The position numbers and the translations under genes are program-made. A stretch of 64,000 bases of DNA from Phoronis australis (taxonomy: Eukaryota > Animalia > Phoronida): assembly GCA_002633005.1 (NCBI GenBank), contig NMRA01000415.1, positions 221,161 to 285,160 of the forward strand, written 5' to 3'. The notes below the pieces were generated by a model that saw nothing but the letters and a program-made list of their open reading frames with translations, searched no databases and had not been told where the DNA came from. Positions 24,101 through 39,100 of this stretch are shown here, piece by piece; position 1 is the first letter of the stretch; every line of letters begins with the position of its first letter.

Positions 24101-27100
24101 AGTGATTCTCTAAATGTCCATGCAGCGCCATCTCAGAGGCAGAATTGAACTGAAAATATAACAACTTAGCAACAGAGTGTCCGATTCATTTGCAAAAACA
24201 ATCGGTCGTTTCGATTTGGTCTGTAGATCTATTCAGTGCGAGGTATTCTCTACCGGTCAAACTAGGATAGAAAGTTCAAACAATTATTTTGGAAAGTAAA
24301 CATTTTATTTATAATTGCAGAACAGCATTTATTGCAAATACTGGAACATGAATTCAACAGTCACAGATACATTGTGAAAACACTAGCGCTATGGATTTTT
24401 GTCCAGCAACCAAATTAAGTCAGCTTTTATNCGAGGCGACAGCACGACACTGGCCTTGGAGGAACTCATGGATAAACTGGAGTGAGTGTTCAGGGAGTAG
24501 GAACGGTCCCTGGACTGTCATGTACTCTGACTGGAGTGCTTAATTCAACAGTCAGAGTGTAAGGACCGCATGTAGTGGACTTAAAAAACGTCAGTGTGGA
24601 TGACTAAATTCACAACCTTTGTAAAGACTTAGGCTGGAGGTCAATTACAGACTCTTAGGTGATTGGCCCAACCACTAGGTTTTTACCTCAACGTGTATTT
24701 AAGTTGATGGTTTTGCTGCTGTGTTCAAGACAGCCTGGCAATCTTTAAATTAACGCTGCAAGATAGTTTTACTCTGCTTATTAAGTAAGCACCTATGATG
24801 GTCAAGGTATGTTCAAAATCTGTGTCAGTTTCATGACACTTTTGTGACTTCATTTCTCGATTAAGTCAGTCTGTTAATGATGGGACAATCACTTCCTGGT
24901 CTGTGTTTGTGATGACAGTGACTGTTTGGTGAACAAATTAACGCAGGTTCTGGAACTTGAACATCTACTGGTGCCTGTTTATTAAAGAATCTTCTGGCTT
25001 TTGTTTTATGGTTAAACATCAGTGTATGAAAATCAGGCTAGTGCTGGAAGTTGGAAAATCTCATACAGCTGGCAGTCAAGAGCCAGAAATCCATAATCGC
25101 CTGGAATAGACAGAAGGCAGTTCTTTGTATGAGAGTTATCTTCAGTTTTCTGTGCACGCCTTACAACTTGACATTCTGTCATGTTTTAACCACAGGGAGG
25201 TCTATGACAGTAGTATGGGGGATAGCTATGTGATGCCCAACTATCTGATAGCCATTGGTCAAGTGTGTGTGGCCATTTTTCCCGAGGACGAAAACTGGCA
25301 CCGGGTCATCATCAGCGGCATACCAAACATGGACTTTGTAGAGGTCAGTGTTATGTGTTGCAGCGGCCATATTTTTGTTTGTATATTGTAGTTGTCAAGA
25401 AAAAAACTTGACAGACTTCGACAAAATTCTGTCAGACTCTGCCAAAGTGTGATAAAAGCCTTGCAAGAATTATTTGGCTGTTTTGTTGAAATGGTGTTTT
25501 CTTAGAGTTCTAGTTAGAGATTAATGTGATGCTATTGCACATAGCTGCTAATTAGTGTAATTAACATGCGTAGTGAGTTGTCACGATTTCCACAACGTGG
25601 ATGGAGCGACACCTATTGGCATTTTGTCAAGATTTAAATCTCCATTAGGGTCCCGTTTTCAGATAGATTCTTCATATAGTGGCTGTTTTTAATATCGTTA
25701 AACATTGGAAATAGATTACTGTTAAGGAGATGACGACATGTTCTCATTTTGGGACTAAACGTTTTGAGTAACAATGTTTTTTGACGCCACCCTCTCTCTC
25801 CACCGCTTGAAGGATCATTATTGAAATTGGGAGATGTGTTCCTGATGAGTTGACTGAGGTCGATGTGTATTTTCTGACGTGTAGTGACTACTCAGGTGCC
25901 ATTTTATGTTAGTACATTACCCTGGAAGAAAAACCATTGCCATGCAGTCATAGAATTGCTTTGGGAGTTTTAAAACAGCCAATAATACTTCATCTCCGCC
26001 CTCCCTTTGGATAATTGCAAATAGTTCACTGGAATACCAAAATGCGATGCGTTTAATCGTCTGCTCACATTGTGGATGTTTAATTTGTTTAGGTTCTGTT
26101 TGTCGACTACGGAAACAGCTGCTGCGTGCATAGAGCCAACCTTCGACTTCTCAAGTAAGTGATTCTCTAAATGTCCATGCAGCGCCATCTCAGAGGCAGA
26201 ATTGAACTGATAATATAACAACTTTGCAACAGAGTGTCCGATTCATTTGCAAAAACAATCGGTCGTTTCGATTTGGTCTGTAGATCTATTCAGTGCGAGG
26301 TATTCTCTACCGGTCAAACTAGGATAGAAAGTTCAAACAATTATTTTGGAAAGTAAACATTTTATTTATAATTGCAGAACAGCATTTATTGCAAATACTG
26401 GAACATGAATTCAACAGTCACAGATACATTGTGAAAACACTAGCGCTATGGATTTTTGTCCAGCAACCAAATTAAGTCAGCTTTTATGTGATACTTTCCT
26501 TTCTTAATTATGAATTAAACACTGTTAAATCTTTATGAATGATTTGTTAAGAGAAATAAATAAGTAAATAAGTTCGAAAAAACAAAAAAAACCCCTAAGT
26601 ATCGTTCACATGGTGTTTGCTGTGATCATAAGCCTGCTTCCCACTTTCTTCCTGAGTCAAGTCTGGAGTTTAGCCAGCCAGTGTCTTTCCTCACGATGTG
26701 TATTATCTGTTTTAAGGAGCAAGTTCCTACACTTGCCTGCTCAAGCTATTGGGGCCAGACTCTCCAACATCGGACCCGTGGAGCCAGTAAGTCATTCAGG
26801 AATTTTTGACTCGTTACGCTTGTCATTGAGGTCTTTGCGTATTTGGGACATCGACGGACTTGTGACTTGTTTGTTTCGTCGGTTAGTTTGGTCATCGAGT
26901 TGAGGTGACTCGAGATTTCTGTACATCAGATATTTACATGTGTTCTGTCGATTTCATTTTCCGGATCAAAAAGCTTTAAATTTATTACCATATTCTGCCA
27001 TGTAAACGCCCTCTGCTTTTTTCCTGCTTTATTATGCGCCCACATATTTATATGTGGACGCATTATGCCGTCATCTCTGTCCGTCCGTCCGTCCGGGCGG

Positions 27101-30100
27101 CGTCCGTCCGGCGTCTGGCATCCGGCGTCCGGCGTCTGGCGTCCGGCGTCCGCTGCTCTATCTCCAAAACCCTTTGACATACGTTCATGAAATTTGACAC
27201 ATATGTTCCATTCATGAATGGGACGGCATGTGCGAACTTTCGGACGGATCCGACTACCGGTGTGCCCCCTAGTGGCAATTTTAGTTTTTTACGCTTACCT
27301 TTGTATCTTCAAAAGTATTGAACGGATTTTCATGAAATTTGGTATGTAGGCACCTATTAGTGAGATGACGCTATCCTACTGTTTTCAGATGGATTCGACG
27401 TAGTTTGCGCCACCTAGTGGCCATTTTTACTGTTTTCGAGTCTGTATTTTTGCGTCCATCCCTCTATCAACCAAACCGCTCAAAGGATGATTGTGAAAAT
27501 TGGCGTGTATGTGCTTACTATAAGGAAGACAGCTGACAATGATTTTCAGACGATTTGGACTACTGTGGCGCCTCCTAGTGGCAGTTTTGTTTTTTTGCGC
27601 CCATGGCTGTATCTCCCAAACCGTTTGCAGGATCTTTACTAAATTTAGCAAGTGTATTTATGTGATGTTGACAACGGACGATGACGACTTTAGGATGATT
27701 CTGACTACCGGTATGCCTCTAGTGGCAATTTTAGTATTTGCCTCTAGTGGCAATTTTAGTATTTTACATTGACCTCTGTATTTTCATAGGTCTTCAGGTG
27801 TATACTTTGTGTTACTTCGTGACTGTGAAGGAAAAGTTCCAAGTAGAAATTTGTTTCTGGCATTCTAATGCTGTGCTAATCTCGTATGTTGGTAAATTTG
27901 TTTTTAATTCTATGTTTCTGTGGTGTTTTAAGCAACTGAGGTATAGGATGTGCTTGTATTATGAAGATTACTCACATTTTGCCCCTAGCCCATTGAGGAG
28001 ACAATGACCATGCCTTTCCATTTTGCAAAGTATGCCCTCTACTGGCCACTTTATGGTACCAATAAACAACCCTAGAAGGATACCGTATGCGGTGCAATTG
28101 TGGGCGCATTTCAACGCTCCGCGTTGCTCTTGTAGTGAAGTTTGTTAAAGTTAAGTAGTACCCTAGAGAAATGCCCACTATGGCCATCTTCAGAAAATCA
28201 CATCTCCGTAATGTCTGATTGGATTCAAGGGAAACTTTCAGATGCTGTGCTTTGTACGCTGTTCTCTAAATATTATAAGGAAATGTTTTTAAAATGTTCC
28301 ACTTTTGCATGAGGGGCTATCAAAAATAGGACTGATATGATTGTTATGAAAAATTTTCAAAGCTGCCAAAATGAATACGAAACAAGTATTTAGAAAACTG
28401 TTAGAGTGAATTTGAGATTTTATCTTGAACATTTAATATCATGCAAAATTTGGTCAATATTGTCATGCCATTGAATTTGCAATGAAAGTACCTTTTTCGG
28501 TAGTTTTTTTCTAAAATAGTTTGGTTACGTGACTTAATTAGTGGCAGACTGGTAAAAAATCGAAAAGTTCATGGAAATTTCTGCTTTTGGAAATATACAC
28601 TTTTGTTTAGTCAAATTCTATAGTTTCATAGATATTTGGCTAAATGTGTGATCTTGTCGATGAAGGCCTGTATAACATTAATGGTCCAGGGGTGGTCGTT
28701 TCATTGTCCCCCTCGACTTTTGAAAATTGTTCCTTAAACGTCCACGAGACCTTGTAATTTTGATGAATCACTCCAGGTGCAAAAACGAAAAAAAAAAGAA
28801 ATCTTATTACTAATCATCCTGATTTCACTTTGAATTGGAGTTAACAGAAGTCTGTAGCTGTTTGTAGTAAGCATTGATGGGACTTCATAAGATCAAAAGA
28901 ATTAGTACATACATTGCAAGATACGGTAAGCCGTTACTCAACATCAAAATACGTATTTTCTGGGATTGTTCATATAGTAACCCTTTTTGTTTATGTAACT
29001 GAGTGGTGTGTGGGTATTTGCACAGTAAAGTTTTGGGCGTACACTTGATATCAAGTGGGTGTTTATAAACACCCATTCCCAATTTAACACTCATGTCCAC
29101 TTTAAATTTGCAGTTTAGAATGTTGTGTTTCATTGTAGGCTTCCTGTCTTTAGCACTATACTAAAAAATTACGGAGTTCGTGGATTATCTTAGAGTCTAC
29201 TTGGAAACACTAAATAAGTCTATGAACTTCACAATTTGTTAAAAATAGTGCTAAAAATAGCCCGTCGGTTTCAAATAACATGGCTCAGTGATTTTTGATA
29301 GTAAAGCATCAAGTTTGCTAATGTGGTGAATTTCTTTTCCAGACTGGCTGGTCTCTCCAAGCAAGGGAGTTAATGCTCAAGTTGTGTGCCAATCGACCAC
29401 TGGTGGCGCTACTGTATTCTCTAAAGGTGTGTTGAAGGTTAAACACAATCCTTGTGCAGTGAAATATCCGGGTTGGCATTTGGATGTTTAAAAAAGCATT
29501 TTTACTGAATACCGATCCAGACTCTGGTGGTCAGTTGTTGTGGTAGCGTTCATTATTGACGAGCAACATCTACTCTGAATGGCATTTATTTCCACAATCT
29601 CCATGGTTATCAACGCAGTGTTTGTATCCGTTGGGAGGCAGTGCGGCCTAGTGGGACATGTGTTGGCTTCCTTTACTCAAGGTCATTGTTTCATGTCCCA
29701 CTGGGGTACACTGATAGACCCATGAGTCAGGCCTCTAACTCCTCAGCTCAGGTTTTAACTTCATATCAATGAGGCAAAAATAGTTCCAGGTGATCAGTTC
29801 AATAGGCCCACCTGAGAAGCCAGTGCATGTCTGGTACAATGTGTACCAGACTCTTTGCTATTGTTTGTCATTATTGTATCGGTGATATTCACCGCAGCTG
29901 TTGTTTACATGGATGCTCTTCTTGCTTTGAGTTGTCTTGAATTTGTTAATTTAAAATGATAATGCATTGATTTTTTGGAAAACCGTTTCTGTTAGTATTC
30001 CTTTTATATGTCACCTTTGGTTACTGATTTGCTTTTGACGTCTGTTTCAGGGTAATGAGATCTCTGTCTGTCTGTGCGACACATCGTCTGAAACAGATAT

Positions 30101-33100
30101 CCATATCAACGATACACTAGTTTTGGAGGGATTGGCACAGTTTACTCCGGATACGCCACCAGAGGGCAACCCGGCAACGGTAGGAGACTTGACGCGTAAG
30201 CTAGACACTTGCGCAATAAATCTCATGAGATATCATCCTTCATGTTATTGCTTGACTGAGCATTGTAAGTAGTACTGAACAAATCACTTTTCAGTGGCGG
30301 ACATTTTGTAATTATTTGTCTTACTGGTGAGGATGCATACTTGGGAAACACTAAGTGAGATTTCGCTTTACTCTCATTAGCATGTTTTTATCCAACTTGC
30401 TATGCAGTGGCCTTATTGCTGGCACCTTGGTCTATTTATTTATTTATTAATTTACCATGACCTGGTGAGAACACTGGGGAAACTTTCCACCCCAAGAATT
30501 TGTCACTTTCTTTTGACTGTCATGTGTAGTGTGATACGATGTAGGAAAAGTCTCTTCTTCGTCAACTGCATCATTCGTGGATTTTGCTGCCACAGTTACT
30601 TTATTTGAGTTCGTCACCAAATGGCCGGTATCAAGATTGCTTCCTTAGGTCAAGGCAGATTTTACATGGTATTGCAAATCAACTTCATTGTGAACGAATG
30701 ATGAAAAACCTTTTTTGCATTCACTCGACAGTTTTTGTTTTCATTGATTTACGGCGGTTTTTAAAACCTGCTGTAGGCCCGCTGTTTTGGGTCTAATATT
30801 CTGGAGGTTTGTCGCACGTATGTCAATAAAGACCATCCCTGGCTATGGTGTTTTGAAAGTATTTGTATAGCTGACTTGTAGATAACAAGTTGCACTTATG
30901 TGCTGCAAAGAGGTAGCATCTTTTCATCAGATGTTCAGTGAACAAGAGGGGTGTTGTAGTTTCATTTCTTTGCCTTTGGCAGTATAGATGTCGTGTTAAA
31001 TTCTCTTTATTGTGTCTCCTGTAGACCATTTGGAGATGAATTTAGAATTTTAACTTTTGTGTCGCCTGCCTAGAGGTTATGTGGGATCTTATTGGCGAGT
31101 CTGCATATTTAGCCAAATGTCTACAAAACTATACAATTCTCTGAAGGTAGAAAGCTTATAGAATTTAATTTTACCTGACATTATTCTTCTCTTAACTGGG
31201 TCACGTAATCACGTCTGTGTTTGCAAAATTTAATCAACAAGAACAGTATATTGATTCAAATTTCATTTGATAAATGTTCAAGGTGAAACTTCAGAAAAGG
31301 CTGTTTTCTTTTTATGTAACTTTTTCATTTATTAAAATTATAAAAGTCATATTTTGATAGCCTCTCATGTATAAGACTTGTTTTGGCATGCACACTGGCA
31401 CAGACAGATGATATTTACAGCGTATCAAAATAAGAGACAAAGGCAAAGGTCGGAGGTCAACTTCCTTAAATTCCACCTGTTTGGTTCATTTATACTCATA
31501 AATGTTGATCCTTCCTTGCCTGTCCCCCACAGCTAGGTGCCCTTGGTTGCTGAGTGCCATTACTTTAGGCTGGTCAACTCCATTCTCTGGCACCAGCAAG
31601 TAACATTTGAACTCGCCTGTAGAGGTCAGAAGCTGCACTCTGTTGTTCGCCCGGTCTGCGACCAGCACATCCCCCCTCGCGTCCGTGCACACGGCCTCGG
31701 GAATTCTCAGCTGACCTTCCCCATCTCCGTGCCGACCATAGTGAAAACAGTGCTGTCCCCTGGAGTTGTATGCTCTTACTTGGCTGTCGCAAACATCCGT
31801 TACAATTATATCGTTGCTTATTTTATTGACGGCAACATGTTTCTGGATTGTGTCGGCTTTTCTTTCCTTCTTTGACTGGTCTGGAATTGTGAAATCTATG
31901 TTTCCTTTTTTGCTGTAGATGACTATGGTGTTTTCCCCTGCTACTATGTACTGGTCTTCACTATTGACAGCTATGCCACCCGGTGACTGGCATTTGAATG
32001 ACTTCACCGTTTTTCCACCAAGTGTGTAGATTTTAACCTTTTTCTCTGCCTTCTCCACTACAGCTATGTTACCGTCGCTCTGGACAGCTAGCCCAGACAG
32101 CTGCCTTGTGCTAAAGCTATGGCTGCCCCCTTTGGCGGTCAACACGTATACCTTGTTCTTGTGTTCACTGATGCTGGCTACAGCCACAATGAGGTCGCCA
32201 TCTTGGTTGAACGCCATTGACCTCAGCCAATCTTGGGTCGGCGTCAGGTTCATGTCATGTTTCTGGAGGAACTGCGGCCGACTCAGTATTTCCTTTGTAG
32301 TGAGCTCCCCCATGAGACATCTGACATGCGTAGCGTAATTTTTTGGAAATTGATAGACAGTTTTAACAACAGCTGGCTTCAGTTTGCTGTCTGCTGCCTT
32401 GAGTCGTTCAACTTGCTTGCTGTATGTTGTCTGTGATGTGGCCATCTCTACATCTGTTGCGTGTTTCAACATCCGTTCTGTGAGGTTATAGGCACTCACC
32501 AGTGCAGCCTGTTGCGCTGCAGCTTTCTCCCTTCCATCTGCAATAGTCTCAGCGTTCTCGTCGCGTGTGTCAAGTACTACCTGCAGCAGCTCCATTTCGT
32601 GCTTGGTGATAATTTGACGTAAATTCTCGGCATGTTGTCTTATATTGTCCACGGCCTCTGTTGTGGCGTGTGACAGCTCAGTCTCGACTGTGTTCATGTC
32701 TGTTGCTGTCTTTTGTAGCTCACCCATCTTGACCGCCATTGGCTGCAGCTCATTTCTCATTGACGCCCGGGTCTTGTCTGCTTTGTGTTTGAAACCTTTC
32801 ACTTTGTGATCAGTGTGATTGGTGTTCTCACATTGCTGACATATTGATTGTTGACAGGTTGTGCAGTGTTTTGTGTATACTTCGCCTTGATGCAACGTGC
32901 AATGGATGTCTGTCAGCCGCGGTTTTGCGTTTGGTACTATCCGTCTACATTTGTTAAGGTCTCTCAGCGTGATGATGTCATGCTCACGTGTCATGGTCGT
33001 CTGCCGGTGTGCAGTGTGGCACTTGGAGCACAGATATTCCTGACATTGGATACAGCGTACGTCTGCTTTTGGTCCTCTGCAGCAGTCACACTGCACGCCT

Positions 33101-36100
33101 TTGCTGATTTTGTCCATGAGTTCCGTCTGCAGGCGCAAAACAAAATGGTTTGTCGGCATGCTCTCCACACCATCTGGTGGTAGATTGGTGGTTGTCTTAC
33201 ACGTCGGACATTCGACCTGCTTTTTGATGACGTATTTCTCGACATGTTTCATCATACAGGTATTACAGAATGCATGAAAGCAGTTGAGCGTACAGGGCTG
33301 GTGTAATCCCTTGTGACACAGAGTGCAGGTGAGAAAGTTGGCGGAGTGAATCTCTGACGCAGTTGGCCTCTGTAAAAGAAAAACAGCTTATACTCTGTGT
33401 TGACAGGTGCTTGGATTCAAGTGTTGTGGCATTTGAACTGTTCTGGCATGAGAGAGCTGTGTGGTGCTAATGATGTTTGGCATTTGAACTGTACCAGTTT
33501 TGGTGAGAGAGAAACAGCTGTGTGGCATTAATGATGTGTAGACCATTTATTGCTGTTTTGAATTTGTATGGACGGTCAGGTTGGTAGTGATGGTAACGTG
33601 TAAGTATGCATTGAAGGGTTGACTGTCATGCATGTTTTTTTCTTTCGTGAAATGTTTAGTTCATAGCTTATTGCAAAAGTTGTCCCTCTGTGTGTTTTTT
33701 GATGATGAGGCAGTTTCTAGTATTTTGTCACTCTTGTCCATTTTTAGATTGCATTAAGTTGTCCTCCCTTAAAAGCCCTATGTTTGGATCATGAAATACA
33801 ATTCTTTTCTCAAAAGTTAATTACCTTTCTGACATTCCCGTTTAGTTCTCGCGGTTACAGTGGTTCATGAGGCGAGAACGTTGTTTATCAGAAAACAAGA
33901 AAACTTTATAAATATAACTTTTTATTATAAGAACATGAACAAGAATCTCCTTTATGAAGGTTGGTTTCTAATATTTTCTTGTAAAATGCTGTTTTGAAAT
34001 TGTTTACAGGCAGCGAAATCAATTTGATATTAATTGGAAAACAGTTGTTATTCATTACAGAAAGCTTCTTAAGACTGTGTAGGACCTTAGAAAAAATCTA
34101 AATTTTGTTAATTTCGAAACATGATATCTCAGAAATGGCAGTTCGGATTTAAATAGAATTCTTCAGATATTGTGCTTTGTGGTCGGTGATAACCCCAGCT
34201 GCTGCAGTGGAAAGGTTACTAAACCCGATTTGATGATTACAACCAATCCTCGTTTCGTCACCTGCTAATGCATCATTGCCATCAATCTTCCAAGTTAAAA
34301 GCAGGGATCAACGAAAAACTCATTCCCTATGTCACACGTTGTACATTATGGTCCTTGGTGGGTGGTCTTTTCCTTCAGTTGCCATGTAATTCACTGAAAG
34401 CGTAGGTCACGCTTGCTCGTTTAGCAAACTTTGAAAGAAGTTTTCAAAATTTTCTCCTATCTTTTGAGAGCTGTCGAGGGTTACAGAGGATTATTTTATC
34501 GCAGAGAAATGGATGGAAGCGTCATTTTTAGTATCTGTTCGTAGGCCAAACCAGGTTCGGTATCCTTTAAGATACTTGATGTTCAACCTCACGCAGTTTA
34601 TTTTTACTTCGTCAATACTTTTGCTAATGCTTCCAGACAATTTAGACTGATGTGACCAGCATATGGTGTGTATGAAGACTAATACGATACATACACACTG
34701 ATTTACAAGAACATGAATATGTAATTATTTATTAAAATAATCTCCTCACCTGCATTTTTACCCTCTTTAATAGTTCTGTCACAATCCCGGGCGCATCAAA
34801 CCGAGTCAAGCTGAGTTGACTGGCTTTGGCGTGTCATGTTTCTAAGGTGGCTGCTACATCAATTATTCACAGGACACCGTAAGCCACAATCTCACACAGT
34901 GGTGTTTAATTATTTACCGGTATTGATCTCCCCTGTCAGTGTGGGAGATTCAAAACTGTGGCACTTCTAACTTCGTGTTGCAAAATTATTCCTAATGTTC
35001 TCAATTTTGTTACATTTACTCATGAGTACTATTACAGTAATGCTGAAAAATTAATTGCATGTAAAAAGTTGCTGTACGACAGCTTCTCTGGGGATTGGAA
35101 AAATTTCATTGTTTACGTTATCTCCATGTTGAAGTTGTTTACTTTATACGAGATAAGAGAATGGTCTCTCCTGAGGTGTGTATGCGTGAATGAATGGATG
35201 TACTTGTTTGTTTTTTGTACTTGTTTATATGAAAAATAACTTCTAACATCAAATGTGACTGACTACAACTCTTAGTTATTTGGTTTTACTGTAGTTAGTC
35301 GCCAGTTTGCCACCCAGTGTGTGGGAAATTTATCTAATTTTATTGTGCCAAATTTCTGATAATCAGAGATTCATTCCTGTTTATAAGCACAGTATGCCCT
35401 GTACAGGTGTACAACAGCAGACTATAGTTGGCAAATTATTTAATTGGCTTTACAGTATAGTATCTGATCTTTGAAAAATAAGGAAGATTGCACAATAATT
35501 TATGGCCTCTTCACTTTTAATTCTGTTCTTGTCAATAGCGATGTAGTCCTATTCTTTTGTCCTAGTTGATTCAAGGCTTGGAATTTTCTGCGGAAACGCG
35601 GATTTCCGTTTTTTCAGGCCAGCTAAAAAGACGCAGACGCTCGCTTCTAGAGATGGTACCATTTTTTTCATAGTCGTCCCGATTTTTTTTGTCGGCAAAG
35701 GGTCCACACCTGCACATCAGCTATTTCGAGGCCGGGAAGCGCACATGTTTTGGGCTGTAAAAGTTTCCGCATATTTCGGCATTGTTCATTCTAAGCCCTG
35801 GTGATTAGCAACTATACGTTAGCAGAAGATTAACAGGATGACTGTTTTAATTTGATGACTTTTTCATAGTTTGTAACCTCCATCGATTTTTATTGTTTTC
35901 AAATTAAAAACTACAAAATTCCTGGTCTTGTTTAACAGTGAGCTTCTGAACATCAGATCCCTCACCCAGTTACAAAAAAATCAATGATCTTCATACATTG
36001 TCTTCTGTAGTTTCACTAGATTTACCCACAATCCTTTCCTGTAACATTGTCCAGACAACAGTTGCCAGGTGTCCACAGAGATCAAAAAGATCAATAGACC

Positions 36101-39100
36101 AGTTGATCAACAGTGCTCATTGATCTACAGGTTTCAGCTCTTGTTTATTATTGATGATCCCATTGTTGGCACCGATTGATAAATGATGCGATCTGCTAAT
36201 CAATGTTTGCTAGGAAACAATGTAGATGGGAGGGTGCCCATGGGAGGTTCTTGAAGATTGGGATTTTGAGAGAAATGGCTAACCAAGTTGGCATGGCAGC
36301 AGTTGTGTCCAGCTTTCCATTTTCTTTTAGTTTTATTCATTGTTTCGGTGGTTTTCCATGTTAACTTTCATTTTTTAATAGTTATACACTACATTTATGA
36401 ACACGCACAGTGCTTACCACCCCTTGCAAGCCCCACAAAAAATGCTTGTGTCCGGTGTAAATAATCTATAGCGGTAAATAGCTCCTGGAGACGCCCCACA
36501 TATAATTGTGTGCTCACGCCGGCGGATCACTTCAGATTTTCGTGCCAGCTTTCGTTATACCCCTCAGGTAAGTACTTCCAGTCCTGTTTGATACCAGAAA
36601 ATTTCAGTTGAGGATTAATCTAGTGTCCATATGACAATATTCAGATTATATATTAAGTTGATGTATTATTTTTGAATTATTGTGTACCGTATGTCAATAG
36701 AACTATTTTTAAAACTACATTCCTTGTGAAATCTTAAGTTATTTGAGGAATCATATTGAAAACAGCCACAAACCTCCCCAAAATGTGTTAAAATTTTTCT
36801 TTTCTTCACACAATTTTTTTCTGTTGCCAGCCAGAATGTTTATCGTGGTTACAATGAAATTAAAGCAAGAATCTGAAAATAGTGAGACAAGACAGCCCTT
36901 CCAGTACAATCCAGTGAATTATTGCGTTTTGTGAGACGCTTTAATTTGAACATTTTTCTTTTAATATGTTAAAGAAAAGGCTGTCATTTTTGGATGTTTT
37001 ATCAATTTTTAGGACTGAAAATGGCTGAGTGGCTGGTTACCATGTTTGAAACCAAACTTGATTGTTGCTTCCTGAAACCTTATATCACAATTACCTCATC
37101 ATCCTTTAGTGCATTCACGTATAGTGCAATTTGTTTTGTCGCCTGCAAAAAGATCTATGACTTTGTGTCTGAACTTCAGGTTCAAGTTTGCTATGAAGTG
37201 TTACAAATTTCTGGATTTCCCTTAAACCTGATATTTAAGAGTTTGTTGTTCCCCTTTCTTCAGTGCAATGAGTGAAAAGAAGATAGAGGTGGAGACAGAT
37301 GCCGCTGTCTGTAGCCAATGTAATGAGTGGCTGAAGGACGCCCGCGTCCTCCCATGTCTTCATTCCTTCTGCCTATCATGTTTGGAGTCGCACGTTCACG
37401 TCCACTCCAACAAGAAGGTGTTCAAGTGTCCCAAGTGCACAGCGGAGGTCTATCGACCAAAAGGTGGCGTCACCAACCTACCCAAGAATGTCTTTCTCAC
37501 AGGACTACGAGGTGAGACTGGTGGAACAATAGTGGTCGCTTCCATTAATCAGGACCAGGTGGTTTAACAGAATTTTAAGCATAGGTTGTACATGTACCAT
37601 TGAATTTTAACTTCACCTAAGGCAGTCAAATGTCGAAGTAAACAAAATTTGGGATATATAGTTTTTAATGCTTTGAATTCATTTCATGCTTATGTTATTT
37701 TATTGCTTTTTGACCTTTGCCCTCTTTTTGTATCACTGATTATTGGGTTATTGATTATATAGTGTGCTTAGTGATTGCTCATGGTCAGTCAGTCGGCAGA
37801 CCATGAGTTTTTCATAAGTTTGGGACTGTGGCTAACAACAGTGCTGAAAATACTATTTTGTATATTTCATGAAAGTAGCAACAAGAATTTTGTTCTAGTA
37901 ATGTCTGCATAGATTATTCTACTCTTTTTGGCATTATGTTTAGAAAAAAAGTGTTGCACAGCAGGAGTGTTTTAGTCAAAATGTAGGGTTGTGAGTACAT
38001 GAAAAATAGATCAGATTTTTTTTCAAAAGGCCAGGATGTAATGTTTTAGTACACAAAGATGAGGACTCCTGTGGTTATCACAAGACACTATCATACTGAG
38101 CTGTTGGTGATTTTATAATGTCATTAAGAGAGTAAAAAGAGATGGCCACTTAGCTCGTTGGTATTAACAACAGGCTTGCATTTGTTTATATGTTAGGTGT
38201 TTTTGAGGCTGAGAAAGCCAAGGAAAACAGCGTGGAGTGTGACAACTGTAACTATGAAGGCCAGGTGGACACGGCTGAGCACAGCTGCCTGGATTGTCAG
38301 GAGTATCTGTGCAACAACTGCTCAAAGATTCACTGCCGCACCAAGCCGACACGCCAGCATCTGCTGGCCACGCTGTCGGACATCGCCGCCCACAAGCACC
38401 AGCAGGATATCCGCGATCGGCAGAAGATCCCCTGTAGTAGCCACCCTGAGGAGAACGTTGGACTTTACTGTATCTCCTGTGATAAGGTAAGTACACATAC
38501 ACTCCCCTGGGGTCAGTTTTATGAAAAGTGATTAACTAGTAAGTATTAAGACTTGAGTCAGAAATTTGGTCTGATGCGCTTCACACAACTATTCTTGAAA
38601 AATGAAGTCTGGCTCGAGAAAAAATACAATGTGTCTGAGAAGATGCCCATCACTGCTAGTTACAAGAATTTCTATAAAATGATTCTAAACCTTTATATGA
38701 AATGGGAGCATAAGACCAAATTGCTGTCTCAAGTCTTTAGTCACTTTTCATGAAACAGGCCTGAGGACAGTTTCTTTAACACAAGTTAACCACTGCATTA
38801 ACATGAGCAGTGTTCGCATTGCATAATTATGCAAGTGCTGGGGTCCTTTAGGCCTACTTGTCTTTAGAGACTGATAAAAAGTCAGCTGTCGCACGATTAA
38901 GAATCTTGCATTCGGAAACCTGCCATTTGGTTTCATACACATTGCACAGTTTATGTTGAAAAATTGAGGATCAGGGTCATCTTACTAAATGCGTGCTTTT
39001 GGTATTGAAAAACAAGGTGAGATAACTGAGAAAAGAAATATATAAATATATAAAAAATAATTGCAGGCGGTCTGATACACGTTGTATCATACGTGCGCAG

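Noticed and set aside
23060-26221. Identical ORF pairs suggesting Dscam-like mutually exclusive exons
   Set aside because: The copies encode identical peptides, include intron sequence and begin at an n join, so an allelic assembly artefact is more parsimonious. Kept only as a low-interest check.
26926-27278. ORFs with repetitive TPDARRR / GRQTPD peptides
   Set aside because: They are translations of the HINE microsatellite.
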